Shown here piece by piece: positions 8,921 through 16,895 of a stretch of 39,765 nucleotides of DNA. The position numbers and the translations under genes are program-made. The notes beneath the pieces were generated by a model. That model made no database searches. It was not told where the DNA came from and saw nothing but the letters and a program-made list of their open reading frames with translations. Source of the stretch: Haloferacaceae archaeon (GTDB taxonomy: Archaea > Halobacteriota > Halobacteria > Halobacteriales > Haloferacaceae); NCBI GenBank assembly GCA_042217265.1, contig JBDGSZ010000039.1, positions 1 to 39,765 of the forward strand, in the 5' to 3' direction. The first letter of the stretch is position 1; each line of letters starts with the position of its first letter.

Positions 8921-9889
8921 GTGCCCCGAGTCGTCGTTCCGGAGTACCCGATGATCGACGTGGAGACGTACCGCCGCGTCCTCGACGGCGTGGCGACGGT
9001 CGAGGTGGCGTCGATGGACGGCGTCGAGGACCTGGTCGACGCGGCCGCGGGGGCGGCTGCGGCGGTCGTCGACGTGTCCACGCCGGTCACGTCGTCGGCG
9101 CTCGACCGCCTGCCCGACCTCCGGGCGGTCGCGCGGTCGTCGGTCGGCGTCGCCGGAATCGACGTCGCCGCCGCCGACGAGGCGGGCGTCGCCGTCCTCC
9201 ACGCCCCGACCTACTGTCTCGACGAGGTGGCGACCCACGCCGTCGCGCTCCTCCTGTCCTGTGTCCGTGCCGTCCCCGAGTACGACCGCGCCGTCCGCGC
9301 CGGCGAGTGGCCCCGCACGCCGTCGCGCCCGCTCCATCGCCTCCGCGGGCGGACGCTCGGCCTGGTCGCGTTCGGGCGCATCGCCCGCGCCGTCCGAGAG
9401 CGGGTCGCGGGGTTCGACCTCGACGTGGTCGCCTACGACCCGTACGTCGACGCCGACGAGATGGCCGCCGCGGGGGTCGAACGGGTCGGCCGGGCGGACC
9501 TGTTCGAGCGTGCCGACCACGTCTCCGTCCACGCGCCCGACACGCCCGAGACGCGGGGGCTCGTCGACGCCGGCGCGCTGGCGGCGCTCCCCGACGACGG
9601 CGTCGTCGTCAACACCGGCCGCGGGGGGATCGTCGACGAGGACGCGCTAGCGGCGGCCCTGGAGGCGGGCGACCTCGGCGCCGCTGGCCTCGACGTGTTC
9701 TGGACCGAGCCGCTCCCCGCGGACTCGCCGCTCCGGGGACGCGACGACGTCGTCCTCACGCCACACGCGGCGTGGTACTCCGAGGAGGCCCGGCGGGACG
9801 TGAACGAGACGGTCGCGACGGACCTCCGGCGGGTGCTGACCGGCGAGGCGCCCGAGAACGCGGTCGACCCCGACGCCGACTGGCTGTAA
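8921..9889 (+). CDS. D-isomer-specific 2-hydroxyacid dehydrogenase family protein
   Basis: Catalytic Arg/Glu/His context is present: NTGRGGIVDEDAL, GLDVFWTEPLP, VLTPHAAW. The dinucleotide fingerprint is variant (GLVAFGRIA) and is followed by VVAYDP. Start is GTG 8921 (or ATG 8951). The first ~366 codons of track ORF 7823..9889 are Arg/Gly-rich junk overlapping the FG-GAP gene. Confidence 0.85.
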   Translation: MPRVVVPEYPMIDVETYRRVLDGVATVEVASMDGVEDLVDAAAGAAAAVVDVSTPVTSSALDRLPDLRAVARSSVGVAGIDVAAADEAGVAVLHAPTYCLDEVATHAVALLLSCVRAVPEYDRAVRAGEWPRTPSRPLHRLRGRTLGLVAFGRIARAVRERVAGFDLDVVAYDPYVDADEMAAAGVERVGRADLFERADHVSVHAPDTPETRGLVDAGALAALPDDGVVVNTGRGGIVDEDALAAALEAGDLGAAGLDVFWTEPLPADSPLRGRDDVVLTPHAAWYSEEARRDVNETVATDLRRVLTGEAPENAVDPDADWL

Positions 9890-9960
9890 CGCGCCCTCGG
9901 TCGGTGCCGCGCCCCGACCGTCGCCGAACGCTTTTGCACCCCCGTGCCCTCTGACGTCCC

Positions 9961-10422
9961 GTGACCGACCGCATCGAGGAGCTCGCCACGCTCTCGGAAC
10001 GCGTGATGCAGTGGCTCGAACTCGGCGCGGCGTACTTCCTCGTTGCGCTTTTCGGCATCGGCGTCTTCGACCTGGGCCTCTCGCTTTTCGAGCTGATGGC
10101 CAGCGGCCGGTTCACCGACCCCAGCGCGGTCATCGACCTCATCGACACGGTGCTCGTCCTGCTGGTCATCGTCGAGGTCTACCGGACCGTCATCGCCTTC
10201 AGCCGGAACGAGCCGGTGACCCGCATCGTCATCACCGCGGCGCTCATCGCCATCGCGCGGAAGGTCATCAGCTACCGGCCCGGGAAGTTCGCGACGCCGG
10301 TCGAAGCCCTCGTCACGGCCGGGGCGCTCACGCTCCTGCTCACCGTGCTGATCGGCGGGTTCTACGTCATCAGGCGGCTCGACCGGCAGGAGGGCGTCCC
10401 GGCGCGGGACGGCGACGGCTAG
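9961..10422 (+). CDS. Small polytopic membrane protein, PsiE (phosphate-starvation-inducible E)-like
   Basis: 153 aa with four hydrophobic segments. The stretch DLIDTVLVLLVIVEVYRTVIAF...ALIAIARKVI resembles PsiE-family proteins from memory only. GTG start, with CTTTTG about 27 nt upstream. Confidence 0.5.
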   Translation: MTDRIEELATLSERVMQWLELGAAYFLVALFGIGVFDLGLSLFELMASGRFTDPSAVIDLIDTVLVLLVIVEVYRTVIAFSRNEPVTRIVITAALIAIARKVISYRPGKFATPVEALVTAGALTLLLTVLIGGFYVIRRLDRQEGVPARDGDG

Positions 10423-11372
10423 TCCGTTCCGCCGGCCCGCTCGGCCAGTTCCGCCACCTCCGCCGGCGTCGCGACGAGGAGGTTGCCCTCGACGGTCCGC
10501 TTGAGCGCCCCCGCCGCGACTGCCCGGTCGAGCGCCGCGGGGACCGGCTCGCCGTCGAGGCGGGCGGCCAGGAACCCGCCGACGAGCGCCCCGCGGACCC
10601 CAACCGGGTCGGTCGTCCCGACCTCGACCGCCGACCGCTCGTGGACCTCGTCGTCGTGGAGAGCGAACGCCTCGCCGTCGTCACGCACCACGACCACCGT
10701 GCGGAGGTCGTGGGCGGTCGCGAGGCCGTGGGCGAGTTCGACCCGCCGGTCGCTCGTGTCGAACAGCTCGACGGCGGTCGCGGCGTCGACGACGAGCACG
10801 TCGACGGCGACCAGCAGCGCCTCGAACGTCTCCCGGGCCGCCGCCTCGCCCCAGAGCTCCGGGCGGTACCGCGCGTCGAATGCCGTCACCGTCCCCGCCC
10901 CGCTCGCCGCTTCCAGTAGCCTCGCGGTCGTCTCCCGGCACCGGTCGGACAGCGCCGGCGACACGCCGCTCACCTCGAACGCCTGTGCCTCCCGCACCGC
11001 GTCGAGGGACAGCTCGTCCGCGGCGACGCTCCCGACTACCCCGTCGTTCCGCTCGTGGCGTCCGCCGATCGCCCGCGGTGCCTCCACCCGCTCGCGGTAG
11101 TGGGTCCCGACCCGCCCCGCCCCGGCGTCGGTCCACGCGACCGCCGTGTCGACCCCGTGTCCACGGAGTTCCCTGACGACGCGCCGCCCGAGCGGCGAGT
11201 CCGGGAGCTTCGACAGCCAGGCCGTCCGCGTCCCGAGCTGGGCCGCCGCCGCGGCGACCCCGGCTTCTGGCCCGCCGACGTGGGCGTCGAGCCGCGACGC
11301 CGTCTCCAGCCGCTCCCCGCGTGGCGGCGACAGGCGGAGCGTTCCCTCCCCGAACGTGACCAGGTCGGCCAT
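10419..11372 (-). CDS. PfkB-family carbohydrate kinase homologue, 2-keto-3-deoxygluconate-kinase-like, with a non-canonical GXGD motif
   Basis: The N-terminus MADLVTFGEGTLRLSPP...HVGGPEAGVA is typical of KDG kinases. The C-terminal motif reads TDPVGVRGALVGGFL where PfkB kinases have DTxGAGDAFxGGFL. Start ATG 11372 (track start 11399 adds 9 aa). CTTATG lies about 27 nt upstream. Confidence 0.75.
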   Translation of the reverse strand: MADLVTFGEGTLRLSPPRGERLETASRLDAHVGGPEAGVAAAAAQLGTRTAWLSKLPDSPLGRRVVRELRGHGVDTAVAWTDAGAGRVGTHYRERVEAPRAIGGRHERNDGVVGSVAADELSLDAVREAQAFEVSGVSPALSDRCRETTARLLEAASGAGTVTAFDARYRPELWGEAAARETFEALLVAVDVLVVDAATAVELFDTSDRRVELAHGLATAHDLRTVVVVRDDGEAFALHDDEVHERSAVEVGTTDPVGVRGALVGGFLAARLDGEPVPAALDRAVAAGALKRTVEGNLLVATPAEVAELAERAGGTD

Positions 11373-11519
11373 GACGTGGCCTTCGGCGGAGAGGCGCATA
11401 AGCCGATGGGTCGACCCGCCCGCACGACGCCGGCGGTCGACACGCGGCGGCGACCGGTCCCTCGTCGGTCGCCGGAACGTCGGCGGCCACCGGCCGATTC
11501 CTGACCTACATATTCCGAC

Positions 11520-11549
11520 AAAAGGCGCGGTCGGCCCCGGGGCCGACCG
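11520..11549 (-). terminator. Hairpin plus U4 terminator-like element downstream of the 51-aa zinc-finger gene
   Basis: Perfect 22-nt palindrome CGGTCGGCCCCGGGGCCGACCG (11528-11549) starts 10 nt after the stop. On the minus strand it is followed by CGCC and TTTT (A-run 11520-11523 on plus). Confidence 0.45.
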
Positions 11550-11558
11550 TCGTCGGCG

Positions 11559-11714
11559 TCAGTGTCGCTTGCTCCGCGCCTCGCGGACGTCGGCCCCGTC
11601 CCGCACCTTGTCCTCGCACGAGGGGCACACGCGCGGGTTCTCCATCCCCTGGGGGGCGAACACCCGCACGTAAGCCTCGGTCACGAACGACCCGCAGTTC
11701 TGACATTCCGGCAT
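11559..11714 (-). CDS. Small CPxCG-related zinc-ribbon protein (51 aa); not in the supplied ORF track
   Basis: My translation of the minus strand: MPECQNCGSFVTEAYVRVFAPQGMENPRVCPSCEDKVRDGADVREARSKRH*. It has two Cys pairs (CQNCG, CPSCE), its own strong TATA at about -27 and a terminator-like hairpin. It resembles the haloarchaeal small zinc-finger micro-protein class. Confidence 0.7.
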   Translation of the reverse strand: MPECQNCGSFVTEAYVRVFAPQGMENPRVCPSCEDKVRDGADVREARSKRH

Positions 11715-11734
11715 CGCACGTCGGGCTTGCTCTC

Positions 11735-11746
11735 TTTATTTATAAT
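11735..11746 (-). promoter_or_regulatory. Strong TATA box (ATTATAAATAAA on minus strand) for the zinc-finger micro-protein gene; leaderless start
   Basis: The most AT-rich 12-mer in this part of the window. Its centre is about 27 nt upstream of ATG 11714. Confidence 0.55.
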
Positions 11747-11772
11747 CCTTCCGGCCGGGTCTGACGGGCGTC

Positions 11773-14034
11773 TCACGCCCCGTCGCGCCGCCGGCCGTGC
11801 CCGGGGTAGTCGCGCTCGAACCGCTCGTCGAGCTCCACCTCGTCGATCGCCACGACCGTCGGCCGGCCGTGTGGGCAGGCGTACGGGTTCTCGCAGCCGT
11901 CGAGCGCCGCGAGCAGGTCGAGCACCGACCCCTCCGTGAGCGAGGTGTTCCCCGTGATCGAGGGGTAACACGCCAGGTCCGCGAGCAGGTCGTCCGCGAC
12001 GGCCTCGACGGTCCGTTCGCCGCCGGTCTCGTCGTCCGCGGCGAAGGCGGTCAGCGCGTCCCGCAGGAGTTCCGGGTCGAGCGCCGCGTCGAACACCGCC
12101 GGGACGCTCCGCACCGCGACGGTCCGCTCGCCGGTCCGGCCGGCGTGGAACCCCAGCGACGCCAGGGCGTCGGCGTACTCATCGAACAGCGCCGCCTCCC
12201 GGGCGGTCAGTTCGAGCTCGACCGGCTCGGCCAGCGCCTGGGTCGGCGTGTCGCCGCCGAGTTCGGCCCGGAGGCGCTCGTAGTTCACCCGCTCGTCGGC
12301 CGCGTGCTGGTCGACCAGGACCAGCCCGTCCGGCGTCTCCGCCACGACGTACGTGTCGTGGAGCTGTCCCAGCACCCGCATCCGCGGGAGCGCGTCGAAC
12401 TCCCGGACGCCGGCCCGTTCGCCGTCCAGCGTCCGCTGACTCGTCGGGGCGACCCCGCCGCCACGGCGGTCCCGGCCCGGCGCGTCCGCGTCGCTCCCGA
12501 CCGGCTCCCCGTCCGCGTCCGGGCCCGCGGGTTCGTCGCGCTGGAAGCGCCGCGGCGTCGGCGTCCGGCCGGCGTCGGACGGCCCGCCCTCGGCGGACCC
12601 GTCGTCGACGGCCGTCCCTCCAGCGCTCTCGGGCGGCGATCCCGGGCCGGCGCCGGTTGCCGCGCTCCCCCCGGAATCGGCCTCGTCGGCCTCCCTGTCG
12701 CCCGGGGTCGTCGTCTCCCCGTCTTCGGTCTCCCTGTCGTCCGGGGTCGTCGCCTCGACGTCGTCGGTCGGCGTCGGTTCGGCACCGTCTGCCGGCGTCG
12801 CCCTGCTCTCGGCACCGGGCTCGTCCGTCCCCTCCTCGGCGTCGGCCGCCCCCTCGTCGACGGCCGTCGGCGGCCGCTCCCGTCGCGGGCCGCGGTCCAC
12901 GCCGGCGGCGCGCTCGTGGTCCGTGCCCGCGCCGCCCCGGGCCTCCTCGTCCCGCGACTCCGGCTCCACCGCCGCCTCCGACGGCGCCCCGCGACCGCGC
13001 GGGGCGGTCGAGCGGATCAGCCCGTGGTCGAGCAGGGCCTCCTCGACCGCCCGCTCGACGGCCCGCTTGACCGCCGCCTCGTCGTCGAATCTAACCTCCA
13101 TCTTGCGGGGGTGGACGTTCACGTCCACCGCGTCGGCCGGGAGGTCGACGAACAGGACCGCGAAGGGGTAGCGGTCGCTGGCCAGCTGGCCGCCGTAGGC
13201 GTCGAGGACCGCCTCGCGGAGCGCCGTCGCGGGGACGTACCGCCCGTTGATGAACGTCGAGAGGTAGTCGCGGCCGCTCCGGGTGGTCTCCGGGTGCGAG
13301 ACTAGGCCGCTGACCGACTCCACCGGGCCGTCGCCCGCCCGCTCCACCTCGACCATCGACTCTGCCACCTCGCGGCCGTACACCGCGAGGACGGCCGCCG
13401 CGAGGTCGCCCCGTCCGTCGGTCGCGAACGTCTCCCGGCCGTCGTGTTCCAGCGACACCGCGACCGACGGGTTCGCGAGGGCGTACTGGGTCACCACGGT
13501 GTTGACGTGGTCGAACTCGGTGGCGTCGGACTTCAGGAACTTCCGTCGGGCCGGGGTGTTGTAGAACAGGTCCTCGACCTCGACGACGGTGCCCGGCGGA
13601 CAGCCGACCGGCCGGACCTCGCCGACCTCCCCGCCCTCGACGACGAGCTCGTGGCCCCGGTCGGCGTCGGGCGGCCGCGATCGGATGGTCGTCCGTGAGA
13701 CCGCCGAGACGGTGTGAAGCGCCTCGCCTCGGAACCCGAGAGTCCCGACGCCGGCCTCGAGGTCGTCGATGTCGCCGATCTTCGAGGTGGCGTGCTCCTC
13801 GACCGCGAGTTCGAGTTCGTCGGCGGTCATCCCGTGCCCGTCGTCGCGCACCCGGATGCCGTCCTTGCCCCCGCGTTCGACCGCCACGGCGACCCGCGAG
13901 GCGCCGGCGTCGAGGGCGTTCTCGACGAGCTCCTTCACCACCGACGCCGGCCGCTCGACCACCTCGCCGGCGGCGATCTGTCGGATCGTCCGGTCGTCCA
14001 GACGGCGGATGTCGCCGTCGGCGTCCTCGCTCAT
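11773..14034 (-). CDS. mutL: DNA mismatch repair protein MutL (endonuclease-type)
   Basis: GHKL ATPase motifs are present (IAAGEVVERPASVVKELVENALDAGA, DDGHGM, LGFRGEAL). A long acidic low-complexity linker follows. C-terminal endonuclease motifs are DQHAADERVNYE and CPHGRPT. Confidence 0.95.
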   Translation of the reverse strand: MSEDADGDIRRLDDRTIRQIAAGEVVERPASVVKELVENALDAGASRVAVAVERGGKDGIRVRDDGHGMTADELELAVEEHATSKIGDIDDLEAGVGTLGFRGEALHTVSAVSRTTIRSRPPDADRGHELVVEGGEVGEVRPVGCPPGTVVEVEDLFYNTPARRKFLKSDATEFDHVNTVVTQYALANPSVAVSLEHDGRETFATDGRGDLAAAVLAVYGREVAESMVEVERAGDGPVESVSGLVSHPETTRSGRDYLSTFINGRYVPATALREAVLDAYGGQLASDRYPFAVLFVDLPADAVDVNVHPRKMEVRFDDEAAVKRAVERAVEEALLDHGLIRSTAPRGRGAPSEAAVEPESRDEEARGGAGTDHERAAGVDRGPRRERPPTAVDEGAADAEEGTDEPGAESRATPADGAEPTPTDDVEATTPDDRETEDGETTTPGDREADEADSGGSAATGAGPGSPPESAGGTAVDDGSAEGGPSDAGRTPTPRRFQRDEPAGPDADGEPVGSDADAPGRDRRGGGVAPTSQRTLDGERAGVREFDALPRMRVLGQLHDTYVVAETPDGLVLVDQHAADERVNYERLRAELGGDTPTQALAEPVELELTAREAALFDEYADALASLGFHAGRTGERTVAVRSVPAVFDAALDPELLRDALTAFAADDETGGERTVEAVADDLLADLACYPSITGNTSLTEGSVLDLLAALDGCENPYACPHGRPTVVAIDEVELDERFERDYPGHGRRRDGA
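12691..12768. repeat. Imperfect tandem duplication of a 39-nt (13-codon) unit inside the MutL linker
   Basis: Units 12691-12729 and 12730-12768 differ at 5 of 39 positions by my hand alignment. They encode the TTP(D/G)DRE(T/A)-type acidic repeat of the linker. Confidence 0.7.
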
Positions 14035-14117
14035 CGGTCGCCCGTTCCGTCCCGAGGGGTTTCAGTACTCGGTATGGACGCTCCCGTCGAAGCGCGGATC
14101 GGTCGGGTGTGCCCCGC

Positions 14118-15056
14118 CTACGCCACCCGGTTCCTGAGGTCCTCGCCGTCCTGGTAGCGCCGGACGTTCTTCATCACGAGGTCGGCGATGTCGAGGTGGT
14201 AGCGGTTGGTCGCCGAGCCCTTGTGCGGGGAGATGATGACCTCCTCGAGGTCCCAGAGCGGGGAGTCCTCCGGGAGGGGTTCCTCCTCGAACACGTCGAG
14301 GCCCGCGCCCGCGATGTCGCCGTTCTCGATGGCCTCGACGAGCGCGTCCTCGTCGACGATGGGGCCGCGGGCGACGTTGACGAGGTACGCGTCGTCGCGC
14401 ATCAGGTCGAACTCCGCGTCCGAGAACAGCCCCTCGGTCTCCGGGGTATGGGGGATGGCGATGGCGACGAAGCGCGCCCCGTCGATGGCCGCGTGGAGGT
14501 CGTCGGGGTGGTAGATCTCGTCCACGCCGGGGACGGCCTCGTCCGACCGGCGGACGCCGACGACGTCCATCCCGAGGGCGTCGGCTCGCTCCGCGATGCC
14601 CCGGCCGATGGTCCCGAGGCCGACGACACACAGCGATTCGTTCTCCACGGTGAACGGCCGCTCGTAGTCGGGTTCGTACCAGTCGCGCTCGTTCTGGTGG
14701 TCGCGGTAGATGTGCAGGATGCGCGCCAGCGACACCATGTAGCCGATGGCGAGCTCCCCGACGGTGGTGTCGTGGATGCCGGTGCTGTTGGTCAGCGGGA
14801 CGCCCGCGGCCTCGTAGGCGTCGGTGTCGAACTCGTCGTACCCGGCGCGGATGCAGTGGACCCAGCCGGCGTCGAGGAAGGCGTCGCGGGGCCGGAACGA
14901 CGCCACCGCGTCGGTCCGGTCGTACGTCTCGTCGTCGCCGACCAGCTCGGCGGGCACGTCGAGGTCGTCGAACGCCTCGACGAACGCCTCCTTCGGGATG
15001 ACGTTCTCAACCGTCTCGTGGACGCACAGTCGCTCGAGTTCCGGTCGCTCGGACAT
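14118..15056 (-). CDS. D-isomer-specific 2-hydroxyacid dehydrogenase family protein (second copy)
   Basis: Real sequence starts at MSERPELERL (ATG 15056; alternative GTG 15062). Motifs: VVGLGTIGRGIA (GxGxxG), VNVARGPIVDEDAL, GLDVFEEEPLP, ISPHKGS. The rest of track ORF 14118..16829 is antisense junk over the next gene. Confidence 0.85.
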   Translation of the reverse strand: MSERPELERLCVHETVENVIPKEAFVEAFDDLDVPAELVGDDETYDRTDAVASFRPRDAFLDAGWVHCIRAGYDEFDTDAYEAAGVPLTNSTGIHDTTVGELAIGYMVSLARILHIYRDHQNERDWYEPDYERPFTVENESLCVVGLGTIGRGIAERADALGMDVVGVRRSDEAVPGVDEIYHPDDLHAAIDGARFVAIAIPHTPETEGLFSDAEFDLMRDDAYLVNVARGPIVDEDALVEAIENGDIAGAGLDVFEEEPLPEDSPLWDLEEVIISPHKGSATNRYHLDIADLVMKNVRRYQDGEDLRNRVA

Positions 15057-15182
15057 GCGCACGGATTCGACGCTATCGCTGTTCAACGTTTCGACATCTG
15101 CCGATCGATGCTTAGTCACACGTACACAGACGATCATGGAAAATAACTTTACATACGGGGGCTTCGTGACTTGTGCTACGAC

Positions 15183-16793
15183 ATGAACGTAACCGAGGCT
15201 ATTGCGGATATTCTGGCCGAGGAGGGTGTGGAGCACGTCATCGGGTTCCCGAGCAACCCGCTGTTCGACGACGACGCGGCCGAGGAGGCGGGCATGCGCT
15301 CCATCGTGGTCCGACAGGAGCGGACGGGCGCGCACATCCTCGACGGCATCGCACGGGTCACGTCGGGCGACCAGGTCGAGGCGTTCGCCTGTCAGCACGG
15401 CCCGGGGACGGAGAACTCCGTCGGCGGCATCGCGCAGGCGTACGCCGAGTCGGCGCCGCTGGTCGCGCTCCCGGCGGGCTACTCCCGCGCGAAGACCAAC
15501 ACCGATCCTAAGTTCAGCTCGCTCATCAACTATCAGGCGGTCACCAAGACCACCGAGCAGCTGACCGACCCCGACGCGGTCGGCGAGACGCTGCGCCGGG
15601 CGTTCCAGGCCGCCCGCAACGGCCGCCAGCGCCCGGGCCTCGTCGAGGTACCCCTCGACGTCTGGCACGAGGAGGTCGGCGACGTCGACTACGAACCCAC
15701 GTCCTCGACCCGGTCGGCACCGGACCCGGACGCGGTCGAGGCGGCCGCCGACGCGCTGGTCGACGCCGACCTCCCGCTCGTTTACGCCGGCCAGGGCGTC
15801 CACTACGCGAAGGCGTGGGACGAACTGAAGGAACTCGCCGAGCTGCTGGAGGCGCCCGTCGCCACCAGCCTCAACGGCAAGAGCGCGTTCCCCGAGGACC
15901 ACCCGCTCTCCGTCGGCGCCGGGTCCAAGAGCGAACCCCGCGAGCTCAACCACTTCCTCCACGAGGCGGACGTGCTCTTCGGCGTCGGGTGCAGCTTCAC
16001 CAAGACCTCCTACGGCATCACGCCGCCGGAGGAGGACAACACCATCATCCACTCGACCAACGACCCGGGCGACATCGACAAGGACGTCAAGTCCCAGATC
16101 GGCGTCGTCGGCGACGCCAAGCTGACCCTCGACGCCCTCGTCGACGCCGTCGCCGAGCGGGCCGACGGCGACTTCGGGCGGTACGACGACGTGACCGACG
16201 AGATCCGGGCGGTCCACGAGGCGTGGGTCGACGACTGGTCGGACAAGCTGGAGGACGACTCGACGCCCATCAACCCCTACCGGGTCGTTAAGGAGCTCGA
16301 CGAGACCATCCCGAAGGACGAGGTCATCGCCACGGCCGACGCCGGAAACGCCCGGGACTTCATGGCGCCGTTCTTCGAGGTGACCGAGCCGCTCTCGTAC
16401 GTCGGCTGGGGCAAGACGACGCAGCTCGGCTACGGCCTCGGCCTGATGATGGGCGCGAAACTCGCCCACCCCGAGAAGGTCTGTGTCCACGTCATGGGCG
16501 ACGGCGCCATCGGCATGACCGGCATGGACTTCGAGACGGCCGTCCGCGAGGACATCCCCGTCCTCGAGGTCGTGCTCAACAACTTCGAGATGGCCTCCTA
16601 CGACACGCCGTTCTCGGGCCACTACGCCGACTTCGCCGAGTCGATGGGCGGCTACGGCGAGCGCGTCGAGGACCCCGCGAACGTCGCCGACGCCATCGAG
16701 CGCGGCGTCGAGAAGACCAAGGAAGGCACGCCGGTCCTGCTGGAGTTCCTCACCCAGAAGGAGACGGCGCTGTCCCGCCCCGACCTGGAGTGA
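15183..16793 (+). CDS. Thiamine-diphosphate-dependent enzyme, acetolactate-synthase / sulfoacetaldehyde-acetyltransferase-like family (second, divergent copy)
   Basis: Motifs: VEHVIGFPSNPL, VRQERTGAHILDG, QHGPGTEN, and the ThDP motif GDGAIGMTGMDFETAVREDIPVLEVVLNN. I prefer ATG 15183 (MNVTEA) over 15171. An AT-rich stretch GGAAAATAACTTTACATA lies 30-45 nt upstream. Confidence 0.85.
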   Translation: MNVTEAIADILAEEGVEHVIGFPSNPLFDDDAAEEAGMRSIVVRQERTGAHILDGIARVTSGDQVEAFACQHGPGTENSVGGIAQAYAESAPLVALPAGYSRAKTNTDPKFSSLINYQAVTKTTEQLTDPDAVGETLRRAFQAARNGRQRPGLVEVPLDVWHEEVGDVDYEPTSSTRSAPDPDAVEAAADALVDADLPLVYAGQGVHYAKAWDELKELAELLEAPVATSLNGKSAFPEDHPLSVGAGSKSEPRELNHFLHEADVLFGVGCSFTKTSYGITPPEEDNTIIHSTNDPGDIDKDVKSQIGVVGDAKLTLDALVDAVAERADGDFGRYDDVTDEIRAVHEAWVDDWSDKLEDDSTPINPYRVVKELDETIPKDEVIATADAGNARDFMAPFFEVTEPLSYVGWGKTTQLGYGLGLMMGAKLAHPEKVCVHVMGDGAIGMTGMDFETAVREDIPVLEVVLNNFEMASYDTPFSGHYADFAESMGGYGERVEDPANVADAIERGVEKTKEGTPVLLEFLTQKETALSRPDLE

Positions 16794-16895
16794 CCGGCCG
16801 AGGACCCGCCCTCTCCGGCGCGTCCGCAACGTCCCGCCCTCGGGTGCGCCTCCCGGATACCCGTCCCGGAATCGGTTGCCGGCGCGCCGGGGCGG

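Noticed and set aside
14118-16829. 5'-extended versions of real genes in the track (14118..16829, 17760..21245, 7823..9889, 7194..8867, 4858..5625, 22103..24382, 38192..39664, 10419..11399)
   Set aside because: In each case the N-terminal extension is low-complexity Arg/Gly-rich, overlaps a neighbouring well-supported gene or promoter, and precedes the point where family motifs begin. An internal ATG/GTG with a TATA-like element about 27 nt upstream, or an SD, gives a sensible start.
16879-16890. GC-rich perfect palindromes between genes: CCGGCGCGCCGG (16879-16890), GCGACCGGTCGC (25071-25082), CCCCGCGCGGGG (17651-17662), and an 8-bp stem at 22036-22058
   Set aside because: Short all-G/C palindromes are expected frequently by chance at this base composition. 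None is followed by a T-tract or repeated elsewhere as a shared motif. I kept only the 22-nt palindrome plus T4 at 11520-11549 as a feature.
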